Source of the DNA: Candidatus Latescibacterota bacterium
Lineage (GTDB): Bacteria > Latescibacterota > UBA2968 > UBA8231
DNA: 64,000 bases
Reading direction: 5' to 3'
Assembly: GCA_965206595.1 (NCBI GenBank)
Contig: OZ242214.1
Location: forward strand, 5,600,001-5,664,000
Below the pieces are notes generated by a model, which searched no databases, was not told where the DNA came from, and was given only the letters and a program-made list of their open reading frames with translations. Positions within the stretch are counted from its first letter, which is position 1. Every line of letters starts with the position of its first letter. Shown piece by piece: positions 55,257 through 64,000 of the stretch. The position numbers and the translations under genes were made by a program.

Positions 55257-55541
55257 CGTCAAGGATCAAGAGAGGATGCGATCCGCGTGAATTCTCAACT
55301 CAGGACGGACATGCTCCCCCAGCGTTCCCAGATGGACGGGTAACCCTTCTCTTCTCGCCACCTTGAGTGCGGGGACCAAGTCCGAGTCTCCGCCTCAAGA
55401 TGACAACAGTGGGTACGTGGCCAGGTCAAGGCCGATGCACATGTCGACCCCTTTAGCTGAATATTGGGAGCAAGATCCTCAGCTTCAATTTTGTTCCGGG
55501 AACCTTTGCTAACCAGCTAGGGACATTCGAATGTCCTGCCG

Positions 55542-55580
55542 AAACCGCCATCAGCTGTCTGGTTCCTATGGCGGTTTTTT
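55542..55580 (+). terminator. terminator-like hairpin
   Basis: AAACCGCCAT / ATGGCGGTTT with a 16-nt loop, ending in T6. Confidence 0.5.
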
Positions 55581-57733
55581 CCTCCTGCATTGAAACTGCG
55601 CACAGTCAGGCCGTTATCCTGGCCTCAGTCGGGTGGGCAGAATCCAATTTTACTATTGGCCAGTACATCCCTCGGTCTGCGTACCAGGCGGAGGAGCCGC
55701 CACCCTTCCCATTTCCTACCTGAGGGGCCACCGGCCCCCGCGCGACGTACACCCGTCCCGAAACCGCCCCGAGACCCCACAAATGGCGGGACCCCGACTG
55801 AAAGCAGATCACGACCCCATCGGGGACCTCAACTCTCGCGCACCGGGTTTGCGTTCGCTACTCATTGGCGCTGCGGGAGCCATCGTTATCGGCGCCGGCC
55901 TGTCGTACGGCAACATGGTGCTGAAGGGGTCCAACATTGCCTCTTACTACAACACCCCCGCCGCCCTCATACTCTTTTTCTTCCTGGTCCAAGTCGCCAA
56001 TTTCCTGGCAGGACTGGCGCGCCGGTTCCGGATGCTCAGCCGGTCCGAACTGGGTCTCATCTACATCATGTGGATCGTCGCTACCGCCCTTCCCGAATGG
56101 GGGTTGACTCCCTTTCTGGTGCCCCACCTGACCAGCGCCATTTACTGGGCAACTCCGGAGAATAACTGGAGCGAGATACTGCTGCCGCTCATCCCGGATT
56201 GGATCATCGTCCATCACGGCTTCTCCCAGATCAAGGATTTCTTCGAAGGCGCCCCGGAGGGACGGGGCGTTCCCTGGGAACTGTGGCTGCGCCCTCTGGC
56301 CTACTGGGTCCCCTTCCTCCTGGCACTCTGCCTGGCCATGGTCTCGATAATGGCCATGCTGCGAAAACAGTGGATCGAGCACGAACGGTTCATCTTCCCC
56401 CTTGTGCAGACGCCGCTGGCCATGGTTCAGGACGACGGTGGCCGGCAGTCCGTGATCCACCCATTCTTCCGGAACCGGCTGATGTGGGGGGGATTCGCCG
56501 TGCCGGCCATTTTCCACAGTTTCAACGGACTGCACCACTACTTCCCCTTCATTCCCCGGATCATGCCGGACAGCTTTTCGATTCCGCTGCCGTTTTTTGA
56601 AGGTGTGGGGATCGGGATTATTCTCAACTTTCAGATGCTCGGGTTCTGCTATTTCATCAGCAGGGAGATCGCCGCGGGTCTGTGCTTCTTCCACCTCATC
56701 AATCTCGTTCAGCAGGGGACGTTCAACCTTTTGGGGATCCAGCGCCTGGATTCCCTCTTCGGTGCCTACAGCTACTACACCAACTCCATTGTTTCCCTGC
56801 AGTGTTTCGGCGCGATTGTCGTCCTGGTGCTCTTCGGCCTGTGGACCGGCCGTGGCCATCTGATCCAGGTCTGGCGCAAGGCCGTCCGGGGAGATGTCAC
56901 GATCGACGACAGCGGTGAGATCATGTCCTACCGGGCGGCGCTCTTCACGCTGGCCGGCAGCCTCCTCTTCATGGGCCTGTGGATGGCGGAATCCGGCCTG
57001 CCGCAGTGGATTGCGCCGATCTACCTGCTCTTTGCTTTCGTCCTCTTCCTGGGCGTGACCCGGGTGGTGTGCGAAGGTGGACTGGCCTTCATCTTCGTGC
57101 CGATGACGGCCTCGGACTTCGTCACGGCCGGTTTTGGCACCCGGGCGTTGGGGTCTTCCGGAATCATTGCTCTTTCGTTCACGGCCATCTGGGCCAGCGA
57201 CATTCTGACCAGCGTGATGGCCTCCTGCGCCAACGGGCTCAAGGTGGTCGAGGAGACTATTACGAAGGGGCGGCGCCTGGTTTTCTGGGGCATCATGATC
57301 GCCGTCGTGGTGACGTTGTGCAGTTCGATCTGGGCGATACTGGACATAGCCTACCGCTACGGCGGCATCAACACCGATTCCTACTTCTACGGTCAGGGTT
57401 CCCGCTACACGTTTGAGGATGCCGCCAGGCGCCTGCAGGACCTGGAGGGGCCCCACTGGGAGAACTGGGGCTACACGGCGATCGGGGCCGCGGCCATGGG
57501 ATTGCTGATGGTCGCCCGCCAGCGCCTCCTGTGGTGGCCCTTCCACCCGCTGGGTTTTCCCATCAGCGCGGTATTCGGTGCGATGTTCTCCTCCGTCCTT
57601 CTTGCCTGGCTGGTAAAGACGGCGGTACTGAAGTACGGTGGGGTTATCACTCTACATGAAGACCCGGCCCTTTTTCATGGGCCTGATCCTGGGCCAGTTC
57701 GTCACGGCCGGCGTCTGGTACGTGGTCGACTTT

Positions 57734-58676
57734 GAACCTATCTCAAAATTGAGATTGTTTAAGTAAAATCAAAATGGATGCAAGTTGGACGAAGCCAAGA
57801 AAATTCTCCGGATACAATTCCCAGCGAGTGATCACTCGACGCTGCCATTGAAGCCAAGCAAAGAATCTCTCAACCATCCAACGCCGCACATAACGCCGCA
57901 ATCGCCGTCCGTCCTGAGTCTTTTTCTTGGTCCGATTCTGGCGATGCGGGGCGATCATCTCGATCCCGTCTTTCTTAAGCTCTTCATCCAACGAATCGCT
58001 GTCGTACGCTTTGTCACCGATCAAGTTGTCAGGTTGGTCTTCGATGAGGTAAAAGTCAAAGGTCAACTGAACCAGCGTCACTTCATGATGGTTCGCTGCA
58101 TGCGTGCTCACCGACAAGGGAAGCCCATTGCCGTCCACGATCCCCATGACCCGCACCCCCTTACCTCGCCTGGTGTGGCCGATATCGGCACCTCCACCCT
58201 TGGCCGCCGAGAACATGCCATCGATGAAAGCCTCCGATTCGTCCAGGCCCCCTTGCTCGTGAAGGGTCTGGGCCAGGTCCATGAGAACTTCGCGTACCAC
58301 CCCTTGACGACACCCGTTTTGAAAACGGCGATGCACGGTTTTGTAGTTCGGATAGCACGGCGGCAACATAGGCCATTGAGCCCCGGTGTTTAGAATCCAA
58401 AGAACGGCTTCAAAAACATCACGGGTGCAAACCGGTTTGCGACCCGGATGGCTCTTGGGACGAAGTTCTTCAGGAAAGTGATGGCGGATTCGTTGCCATT
58501 GCATGTCGGTCAGATTGACCATACACCAATGGTACATCACTGTCATTTCGAAAACAAGTTTAAGTTTGCCTATTTTGAGATAGGTTCCGAGTTCCATCGA
58601 ATTCGCGCTACCCTCTATCCTTGCCGATTATTCAGGAATTCTGCCTTTTGCAAAAGTCCAGTTTTGAGATAGGTTC
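57734..58676 (-). mobile_element. IS5-family insertion sequence, 943 bp, with a duplicated terminal repeat
   Basis: TIR GAACCTATCTCAAAA at 57734-57748; inverted copies at 58573-58587 and 58662-58676; TT duplicated at the outer ends. Confidence 0.9.
57743..58522 (-). CDS. IS5-family transposase
   Basis: LTDMQW, LWILNTGAQW..LP, TVHRRF, FIDG, GDKAYDS, RRWMVERFFAWL; stop codon lies inside the TIR. Confidence 0.92.
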   Translation of the reverse strand: MVNLTDMQWQRIRHHFPEELRPKSHPGRKPVCTRDVFEAVLWILNTGAQWPMLPPCYPNYKTVHRRFQNGCRQGVVREVLMDLAQTLHEQGGLDESEAFIDGMFSAAKGGGADIGHTRRGKGVRVMGIVDGNGLPLSVSTHAANHHEVTLVQLTFDFYLIEDQPDNLIGDKAYDSDSLDEELKKDGIEMIAPHRQNRTKKKTQDGRRLRRYVRRWMVERFFAWLQWQRRVITRWELYPENFLGFVQLASILILLKQSQF

Positions 58677-58727
58677 TTGTTACCGGCACCAGCGGCAATG
58701 TCGTGATGAGTTGGTAGACATTCGCCG

Positions 58728-60629
58728 CTAATGCACGACCCCGCCCAGCACGTTATTCTGCGTGCCGGTGAAGTAGTCGATGACCACCCAGATTCCCCCC
58801 ACCGCGGCCGAGCCCAGAACCAGTCCAACAAAAAACGGCTTCAAGCGGTTGAAGAGGTTCACGCCCCCGTATCTGAGTACCATGGTTTTGCATAGCCAGG
58901 CGACGAAGACGCTGAAGAACATGGACCTGAAGCCGACGCTGATCGGATAGCCGAGCGGGTGGAACGGCAACCAGGCAAAACGACGCTGCACCATCATCAG
59001 CACCGTCATAACCGAGGCGCCAATGCCCTTGTGAATCCAGCCGTTCAGATTCGGCCCCTCGGGCATATGGATATTCTTCTCCATGAAAATGTACGGCAGC
59101 CAGGCGACATATCTGAAGTAGAACGGCTCCAGATTGATGCCTCCGTACTGGTAGCCCAGATAGATGTTCAGTGCAATGGAGACGGCCGGAGTCAGAATGA
59201 TCACCGCGACAATGCCCCAGAACAGCCGCCGCCGGTTGGCCGGCCCCACCTCGGTCATCAGCTTCAGCCCGTTGGCGCAGGCGCTCATGAACAGAATCAG
59301 CGTATCCACGTTCCAGGGGTAGCTCAACGCCAGCCCGGCCAGGCCGTGCCGCCCCAGGTTGGTAGCTCCGACCGCGGAGACCACGAAGTCCGGTCCACAC
59401 GTCGGCGGATAGATGGCGGCCACACCTCCCTGCGCCACCACCCGCGTAATGGTTATGAATACTACGAAGCCTCCGAACAACAACAGGGGCACGTACAGCA
59501 AGGGAATTCCCGACTGCCACAACCACGCCCCCATCACCGTGAAACTCAGCAAGGTGCCCAGAACGGCATTACGGTAGGAGATGATCTCGTCGGAATCATC
59601 CACTTCCGGATTCCCCTGCACGGCCTTGCTCCACACCGCTTTGAGATGACTCCGACCGACGTACAGGGTACCCAGAACCAGCACGATCATGGCGCCCATG
59701 GACTGGTGGATGATCATGGGGTCGGCGTACATGCTGTATTCGCCCATTGCCGTTTCCTGCGTCTGCCACCCGAAAACATGCTGGAACCCTTGTTGCACCT
59801 GATTCAGGAACCAGAAGAAACCGAAACCGGCCGCCACGTTCTGCGGGATGAAGTAGGAAAAACCGACAATCGACGGGCTGAAGTTAAAGCCGATCCCCTC
59901 CATGCCCCGGAACATGGGAATGTGACCCAGGGACATCTCGATTGTGGGGATGAACTCGAAGTAGTTGTGAAGTCCCTTTATGCAGCCCAGCACAAATGGC
60001 ACGGAAAAGCCCATCCACATCAGGCCGCTCCGGAACAGCGGCCTGATGATCGATCCGCTCCCGTTGTCGGCGATCATGGCCAGCGGCACTTGCACCATCG
60101 GGTATGACAGGCGCTCGTAATCCACCCACTGCCGCCGCACGATCACCATGATGCAGAACATGGCCAGAAACAGCGCGAAGGCGAATACCAGCCAGTGGAA
60201 CAGGGGCAGGAGCCAGGCTTCCCAGGGCACCTGGCCAGTGGCGTTGCCCTCGTAGAAGCCCCAGACGACATCGTGTCCCTGCGGAATGGGCCAGTCCGGC
60301 AGATAGGGCTGGACCACCTCCTTCCAGTTATTCTCCGGGGTGGCGTAGTAGTAGGCCCCGGTGATAACCGGCAGCACCATGGCCGAAAAAGCACGCCCGG
60401 TCAGGGTGTTGCCCAGCAGGATCAGAAAGTAGACCACCGCCAGCTCGCCCCGCCGCAGCGCCAGACGCGGATGGAGTTGCCGAAGGACCACATTGACGAC
60501 GGCCACCAGCAGGAAGAACAGGAAGAAGGCGGCCGGCGTCAGGTTCCAGTTGGCCATTCTGGAACCTTTGATGATCATGTCGTTGTAGGTCGAGCCAAAG
60601 CCGATGAAGACGGCCCCGCACACGCCCAC
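58728..60629 (-). CDS. large polytopic membrane protein (DUF6785/DUF6784-like), possible transporter; true start probably about 60665-60670
   Basis: Many TM segments; frame is open upstream (GAIFIGDRGCTLRALIV) after AAGGAG but has no canonical start. Confidence 0.8.
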   Translation of the reverse strand: MGVCGAVFIGFGSTYNDMIIKGSRMANWNLTPAAFFLFFLLVAVVNVVLRQLHPRLALRRGELAVVYFLILLGNTLTGRAFSAMVLPVITGAYYYATPENNWKEVVQPYLPDWPIPQGHDVVWGFYEGNATGQVPWEAWLLPLFHWLVFAFALFLAMFCIMVIVRRQWVDYERLSYPMVQVPLAMIADNGSGSIIRPLFRSGLMWMGFSVPFVLGCIKGLHNYFEFIPTIEMSLGHIPMFRGMEGIGFNFSPSIVGFSYFIPQNVAAGFGFFWFLNQVQQGFQHVFGWQTQETAMGEYSMYADPMIIHQSMGAMIVLVLGTLYVGRSHLKAVWSKAVQGNPEVDDSDEIISYRNAVLGTLLSFTVMGAWLWQSGIPLLYVPLLLFGGFVVFITITRVVAQGGVAAIYPPTCGPDFVVSAVGATNLGRHGLAGLALSYPWNVDTLILFMSACANGLKLMTEVGPANRRRLFWGIVAVIILTPAVSIALNIYLGYQYGGINLEPFYFRYVAWLPYIFMEKNIHMPEGPNLNGWIHKGIGASVMTVLMMVQRRFAWLPFHPLGYPISVGFRSMFFSVFVAWLCKTMVLRYGGVNLFNRLKPFFVGLVLGSAAVGGIWVVIDYFTGTQNNVLGGVVH

Positions 60630-60778
60630 GATCAGAGCTCTAAGGGTGCATCCCCGGTCTCCGATGAAAATTGCTCCTTGTTGTACCCCGGGTCCGTTAC
60701 TTCTTGAAGTAAATCCTGCCGAACATCCAGGTGGCGTGGAATTCGCCCGAATAGGGAGGGCGAAGGCGGCGAGAAAGA

Positions 60779-60827
60779 TTGCCTTCGCTCGCCGTTCCCC
60801 CCTGGTACGACTCGCTCAGGCGCCTTG
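60779..60827. repeat. REP/MITE-like intergenic repeat, copy 2
   Basis: Matches 36193-36241; preceded by GGGCGAAGGC, which can pair with GCCTTCGCTC. Confidence 0.75.
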
Positions 60828-60851
60828 CGAGCCGGGTGCCTCGGCGGCACA

Positions 60852-62483
60852 CTAGGGCATCACGGTGACGTCGATCTCGTCGATGACGATATCGCCGCCG
60901 GAGCCGTTCTCCGGCTCTGCCAGCCTTACGCCGAGTGTATTGTCCCCGTCGAGCATGTAGTCCGTGCTGAGGTCGAACACGAGGGTCGAGTAGGCTGGGA
61001 GCGGACGCCCGATGTTGGTAGAGCGGCCGTCTGCGTGCCACATTCGACGGACGCTCTCGTCAGGGATCGCCATCCCGTTCACGTCGAAAACCAGACGCTC
61101 TTCGGGCCGAAGGTTCCGGGCACGGACCGCCATGTAGGCGTGGCCGACTTCGTCCCACTGCTCGCACAGACGCAGCCGGTACTCCTGACGGACGCCCGGC
61201 GCCTCACGGCTCAAGACGATCTTGTCGTCCTTAATGGCGCCGGTCGAAGCCATGCCAGGCGCGCCGTGGTAGTCCACACCTCCGAACATCGACCGGAACA
61301 GGTATGTGCGGTGGCGTGCCTTGATGGCTTCGGGGTCCTTGAGCTCCTTGAGCAGGGCCAATTCCCCGGGGAAGCCGCCAATGAGGTTCCCCGTGTACTG
61401 CTCTTGGAAGTTGAAGCTCGAAACGCCGTCGGCCCCGGCTCCGTACATGTTGTTAGCGAGAGCGCGATAGTTGTCCGAGGCCATCGGACGCAGGTAGACC
61501 CGGGACTGAAACGCCATATGGTCCGTCGTGCCGCTTTCGCCGGTATCCGGCCGGAGCGCCCAGGGGACTGTGTCGCTCCGTGCGTCGGTTGCCGAGCAGA
61601 ACGGCAGGACTCCCGGAAGCAGGCGGCAGGCGGTCCCTTCCGTGAGCCTGGAAAACTCCTCCCATCGCGCGTTGTGGTTCGAGTACATGGTGTTGCCTGG
61701 GCTCGCGTAGTCGAGAATACCCGTTGTGATCCACTCCGGAAGGTCAAGGCCGCAATCGTGGCACTCGTCGACGGTCTCGGGAACACGAACGCCAAGAAGC
61801 AGTTCCCTGCCCTTCCTGCGCGCCTCATCGTCCAGCATGTCGCGGATGCGTTGCATCAGTTCGGTCATCAGGTGCTGTCGTTCACGAGAAATCGAGCGGG
61901 GGTAAGGGAAGTGATTGTCGCTGCGGAAGGTTATCTCGATGCCGTCCACGTCGAAACGGCGCGCGATCTCCTCAATCGCCCCGAAATGGAAGTCCCTCAC
62001 CTCGCGGAACGAGAAATCGAGCGTGTTGCCCGGCTTGCTAAGCGGCCCCGGCGGGAGGTCTCTCAAGATGAACTCCGGGTGATCGAATATCCACCGGGCG
62101 CCCTGTGTGGGCGCGCCGTGGTCGTCGCCGAACCGCGCCCCCGCGACGAACTTCATCCCGCGCTGGTGCGCTCGTTCACAGAACACCTCGATGGGATTAA
62201 TACCCCGGTCCAGCATGGGCATCCAGCGGCGATGCTGTGGCCGCTGATCGTACTCGTAAGTGTCGGAGTAGAAATGCAGCACCCACCCCTGTCCGAAGAC
62301 CTCCTGCCCAAGCGCGTCCGCCCCACTCAGAGCGAAGTGGTCGACGAGCTTGCGGATCTGCTCGGGAGTTGCCGGATCGCCAACGAACGGTTCCCGCGCG
62401 TGACTCGAAAGGTCGGCGACGAACAGCAGGCGGATGTCGCCCTCAGGCTTGATCGGTCTCGGTCCCGGCGGTGTCGAAGTCAT
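60852..62483 (-). CDS. glycosyl hydrolase-like 10 (DUF187-like) TIM-barrel protein
   Basis: RAHQRGMKF..R..D.H, WIFDHPE, LDFSFREVR, RFDVDGIEI, GLDL.EWI; C-terminal beta-sandwich. Confidence 0.7.
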   Translation of the reverse strand: MTSTPPGPRPIKPEGDIRLLFVADLSSHAREPFVGDPATPEQIRKLVDHFALSGADALGQEVFGQGWVLHFYSDTYEYDQRPQHRRWMPMLDRGINPIEVFCERAHQRGMKFVAGARFGDDHGAPTQGARWIFDHPEFILRDLPPGPLSKPGNTLDFSFREVRDFHFGAIEEIARRFDVDGIEITFRSDNHFPYPRSISRERQHLMTELMQRIRDMLDDEARRKGRELLLGVRVPETVDECHDCGLDLPEWITTGILDYASPGNTMYSNHNARWEEFSRLTEGTACRLLPGVLPFCSATDARSDTVPWALRPDTGESGTTDHMAFQSRVYLRPMASDNYRALANNMYGAGADGVSSFNFQEQYTGNLIGGFPGELALLKELKDPEAIKARHRTYLFRSMFGGVDYHGAPGMASTGAIKDDKIVLSREAPGVRQEYRLRLCEQWDEVGHAYMAVRARNLRPEERLVFDVNGMAIPDESVRRMWHADGRSTNIGRPLPAYSTLVFDLSTDYMLDGDNTLGVRLAEPENGSGGDIVIDEIDVTVMP

Positions 62484-62543
62484 TGGTCGTCGTTCTCCTG
62501 AGGACGAGCCCCCCCGGTCCAAGGGCGCCGATCAGCAGCCTGC

Positions 62544-63464
62544 TTACTCATCGAAAAACGGGTATGGCTCCCCCGCCTCCTCAAGCCTCTGTAGCAAACT
62601 CGAGTACTTCAACACTTCCGTGAGCCGGCTGCGCCAATATGGGGAGTAAAAATCGACAAATTCCCGAAAGAACGTCCGGGCATGCTCGTTCACGCCATCG
62701 AAATATTGCGGCATCAAGAACCATGGCTGGTCGCAGCCGTAATCCAGTCCCCGCTGGCGGATCGAGAACTGGGCGGCGGCTCGTTTTTTCACCGAGATCA
62801 TCATCGTGCGTCTGAGTTTGTCCGTGTGATAGCGGCCGCGATGAATGCACAACTGGGTAAACATCGCCGCGTCACCGGGTTCCAGGTGGAGGCGAACGGC
62901 TCCCGGCATATCATTTGAGCGATTGTGAATCTCGCCGTCGGCGACACAGATTGCGTGCTCTTCGGGGGAATAGTCACGCAAGTGTGACCCCGGCACCAAT
63001 TCGAGATCGTCGGTAGGAACCAACGCAATCTGCATCTGCAATCCTGCGCCGGTTTCCCTGATCCGGGATACGTCCGCTTCTTCGCCGATTTTGTCCTTGT
63101 GCCAGAACCCGTCCTGACTCTCGAACGCCGGATTGAAGTAGAGGCTGGTCATGGCGAACAGGTACTCTTCCTCCAGTGCCGTGCTCAGTGGTTCGACAAC
63201 CTGGGGGGCTCCTATGGCATTGAGCAGAAAGGCGAGATCGTCGGGATGATCGCGGTGGTATTCCGGGTCGTTCAGGTGCCTCATATAATTCGCCCGGGGG
63301 CTGACAGGGGGATTGTCGGAGCGCGGCCCCCGCCGCCACTGTTCCAGCACTCGCTCACAGATCCCGCGCAGTCGCTCCGTTGTTGCGGCGTCGAATAATC
63401 CACGCACGACGGCATAACTGTACTCGCGTAGCTGCGCTGGTCCTGGTTCGATGCCCACTGTCAT
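62544..63464 (-). CDS. PhyH-family dioxygenase
   Basis: FWHKD, VPGSH, LEPGDAAMF...IHRG, RRT. Confidence 0.85.
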   Translation of the reverse strand: MTVGIEPGPAQLREYSYAVVRGLFDAATTERLRGICERVLEQWRRGPRSDNPPVSPRANYMRHLNDPEYHRDHPDDLAFLLNAIGAPQVVEPLSTALEEEYLFAMTSLYFNPAFESQDGFWHKDKIGEEADVSRIRETGAGLQMQIALVPTDDLELVPGSHLRDYSPEEHAICVADGEIHNRSNDMPGAVRLHLEPGDAAMFTQLCIHRGRYHTDKLRRTMMISVKKRAAAQFSIRQRGLDYGCDQPWFLMPQYFDGVNEHARTFFREFVDFYSPYWRSRLTEVLKYSSLLQRLEEAGEPYPFFDE

Positions 63465-63495
63465 TTTCGTCCTTTCGCGTTGTCGTTGAGAAAGC

Positions 63496-63926
63496 CCGAG
63501 GCCATGGGACGCAGGTAGATCCTGGACTGAAACGCCATATGGTCCGTCGTGCCGCTTTCCCCGGTACCTAGCTTGAGCGCCCTCAGTTCGGTCATCAAGT
63601 GCTGTCGTTAACGAGAAATTGAGCGGGGGTAAGGGAAGTGATTGTCGCTGCGGAAGGTTATCTCGATGCCGTCCACGTCGAAACGGCGCGCGATTTCCTC
63701 AATCGCCCCGAAATGGAAGTCCCTCACCTCGCGGAACGAGAAATCGAGCGTGTTGCCCGGCTTGCTCAACGGCCCCGGCGGGAGGTCTATCAGAATGAAC
63801 TCCGGGTGATCGAATATCCACCGGGCTCCCCTGTGTGGGCGCGCCGTGGTCGTCGCCGAACCGTGCCCTGCGATGAACTTTCCCGCGCTGGTGCGCCTGT
63901 TCACTGAATACCTCAATGGGATTAAT
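63496..63926 (-). pseudogene. degenerate partial duplicate of the 60852-62483 gene
   Basis: 63496-63566 matches 61475-61545 and 63583-63926 matches 61856-62201; premature TAA at 63608, indels, internal deletion. Confidence 0.85.
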
Positions 63927-64000
63927 GCCGCAATTGTTGGCTCGAACCTGGGGCCCACTTTGGTCGGTGAACCGGGAAAACTACCCTCCATGCCCGATTC

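Larger units (their letters stand above)
55783..58717 (+). pseudogene. large polytopic membrane protein (DUF6785/DUF6784-like), last codons separated by an IS5 element; extra G near 57640
   Basis: Paralog of 58728-60629 (ATPENNW, RKQW...ER..P, YGGIN, WPFHPLG); restored end VWYVVDF|VTGTSGNVVMSW* (58679-58717); family name from memory. Confidence 0.75.

Overview
GC-rich bacterial chromosome segment with lower-GC patches at about 21.6-25.35 kb and 55.3-64 kb. The gene content suggests, by inference only, a Latescibacterota/Poribacteria-like lineage: seven PhyH-family Fe/2OG dioxygenases, MocD-like desaturases, large DUF6785-like membrane proteins, a FlgD-Ig-tailed secreted protein and a protein ending in TAVESITWGRIKA. 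Clear features are a TPP riboswitch controlling a TonB receptor plus thiamine diphosphokinase, two more TonB receptors, modABC, a PA0069-type radical SAM gene, MoxR-DUF58, and a sufBCDS-sufU-sufT-Rrf2 operon with a palindromic operator over its -35 box. Two IS insertions can be resolved to the base: an IS3-family element splitting a secreted DOMON/CBM9-like gene, and an IS5-family element with a doubled end splitting a membrane-protein gene. Best candidates for undescribed biology are (i) a PhyH enzyme with a halogenase-like HxG motif, (ii) a desaturase-bracketed oxidative cluster, (iii) the TWGRIK C-terminal sorting motif and its secreted-protein island including a Cys/His-rich peptide, and (iv) a small protein coupled to a PhyH gene. 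No CRISPR array, rRNA or tRNA was seen. Several single-base frameshifts may be assembly errors. All family assignments are by motif recognition, not database search.
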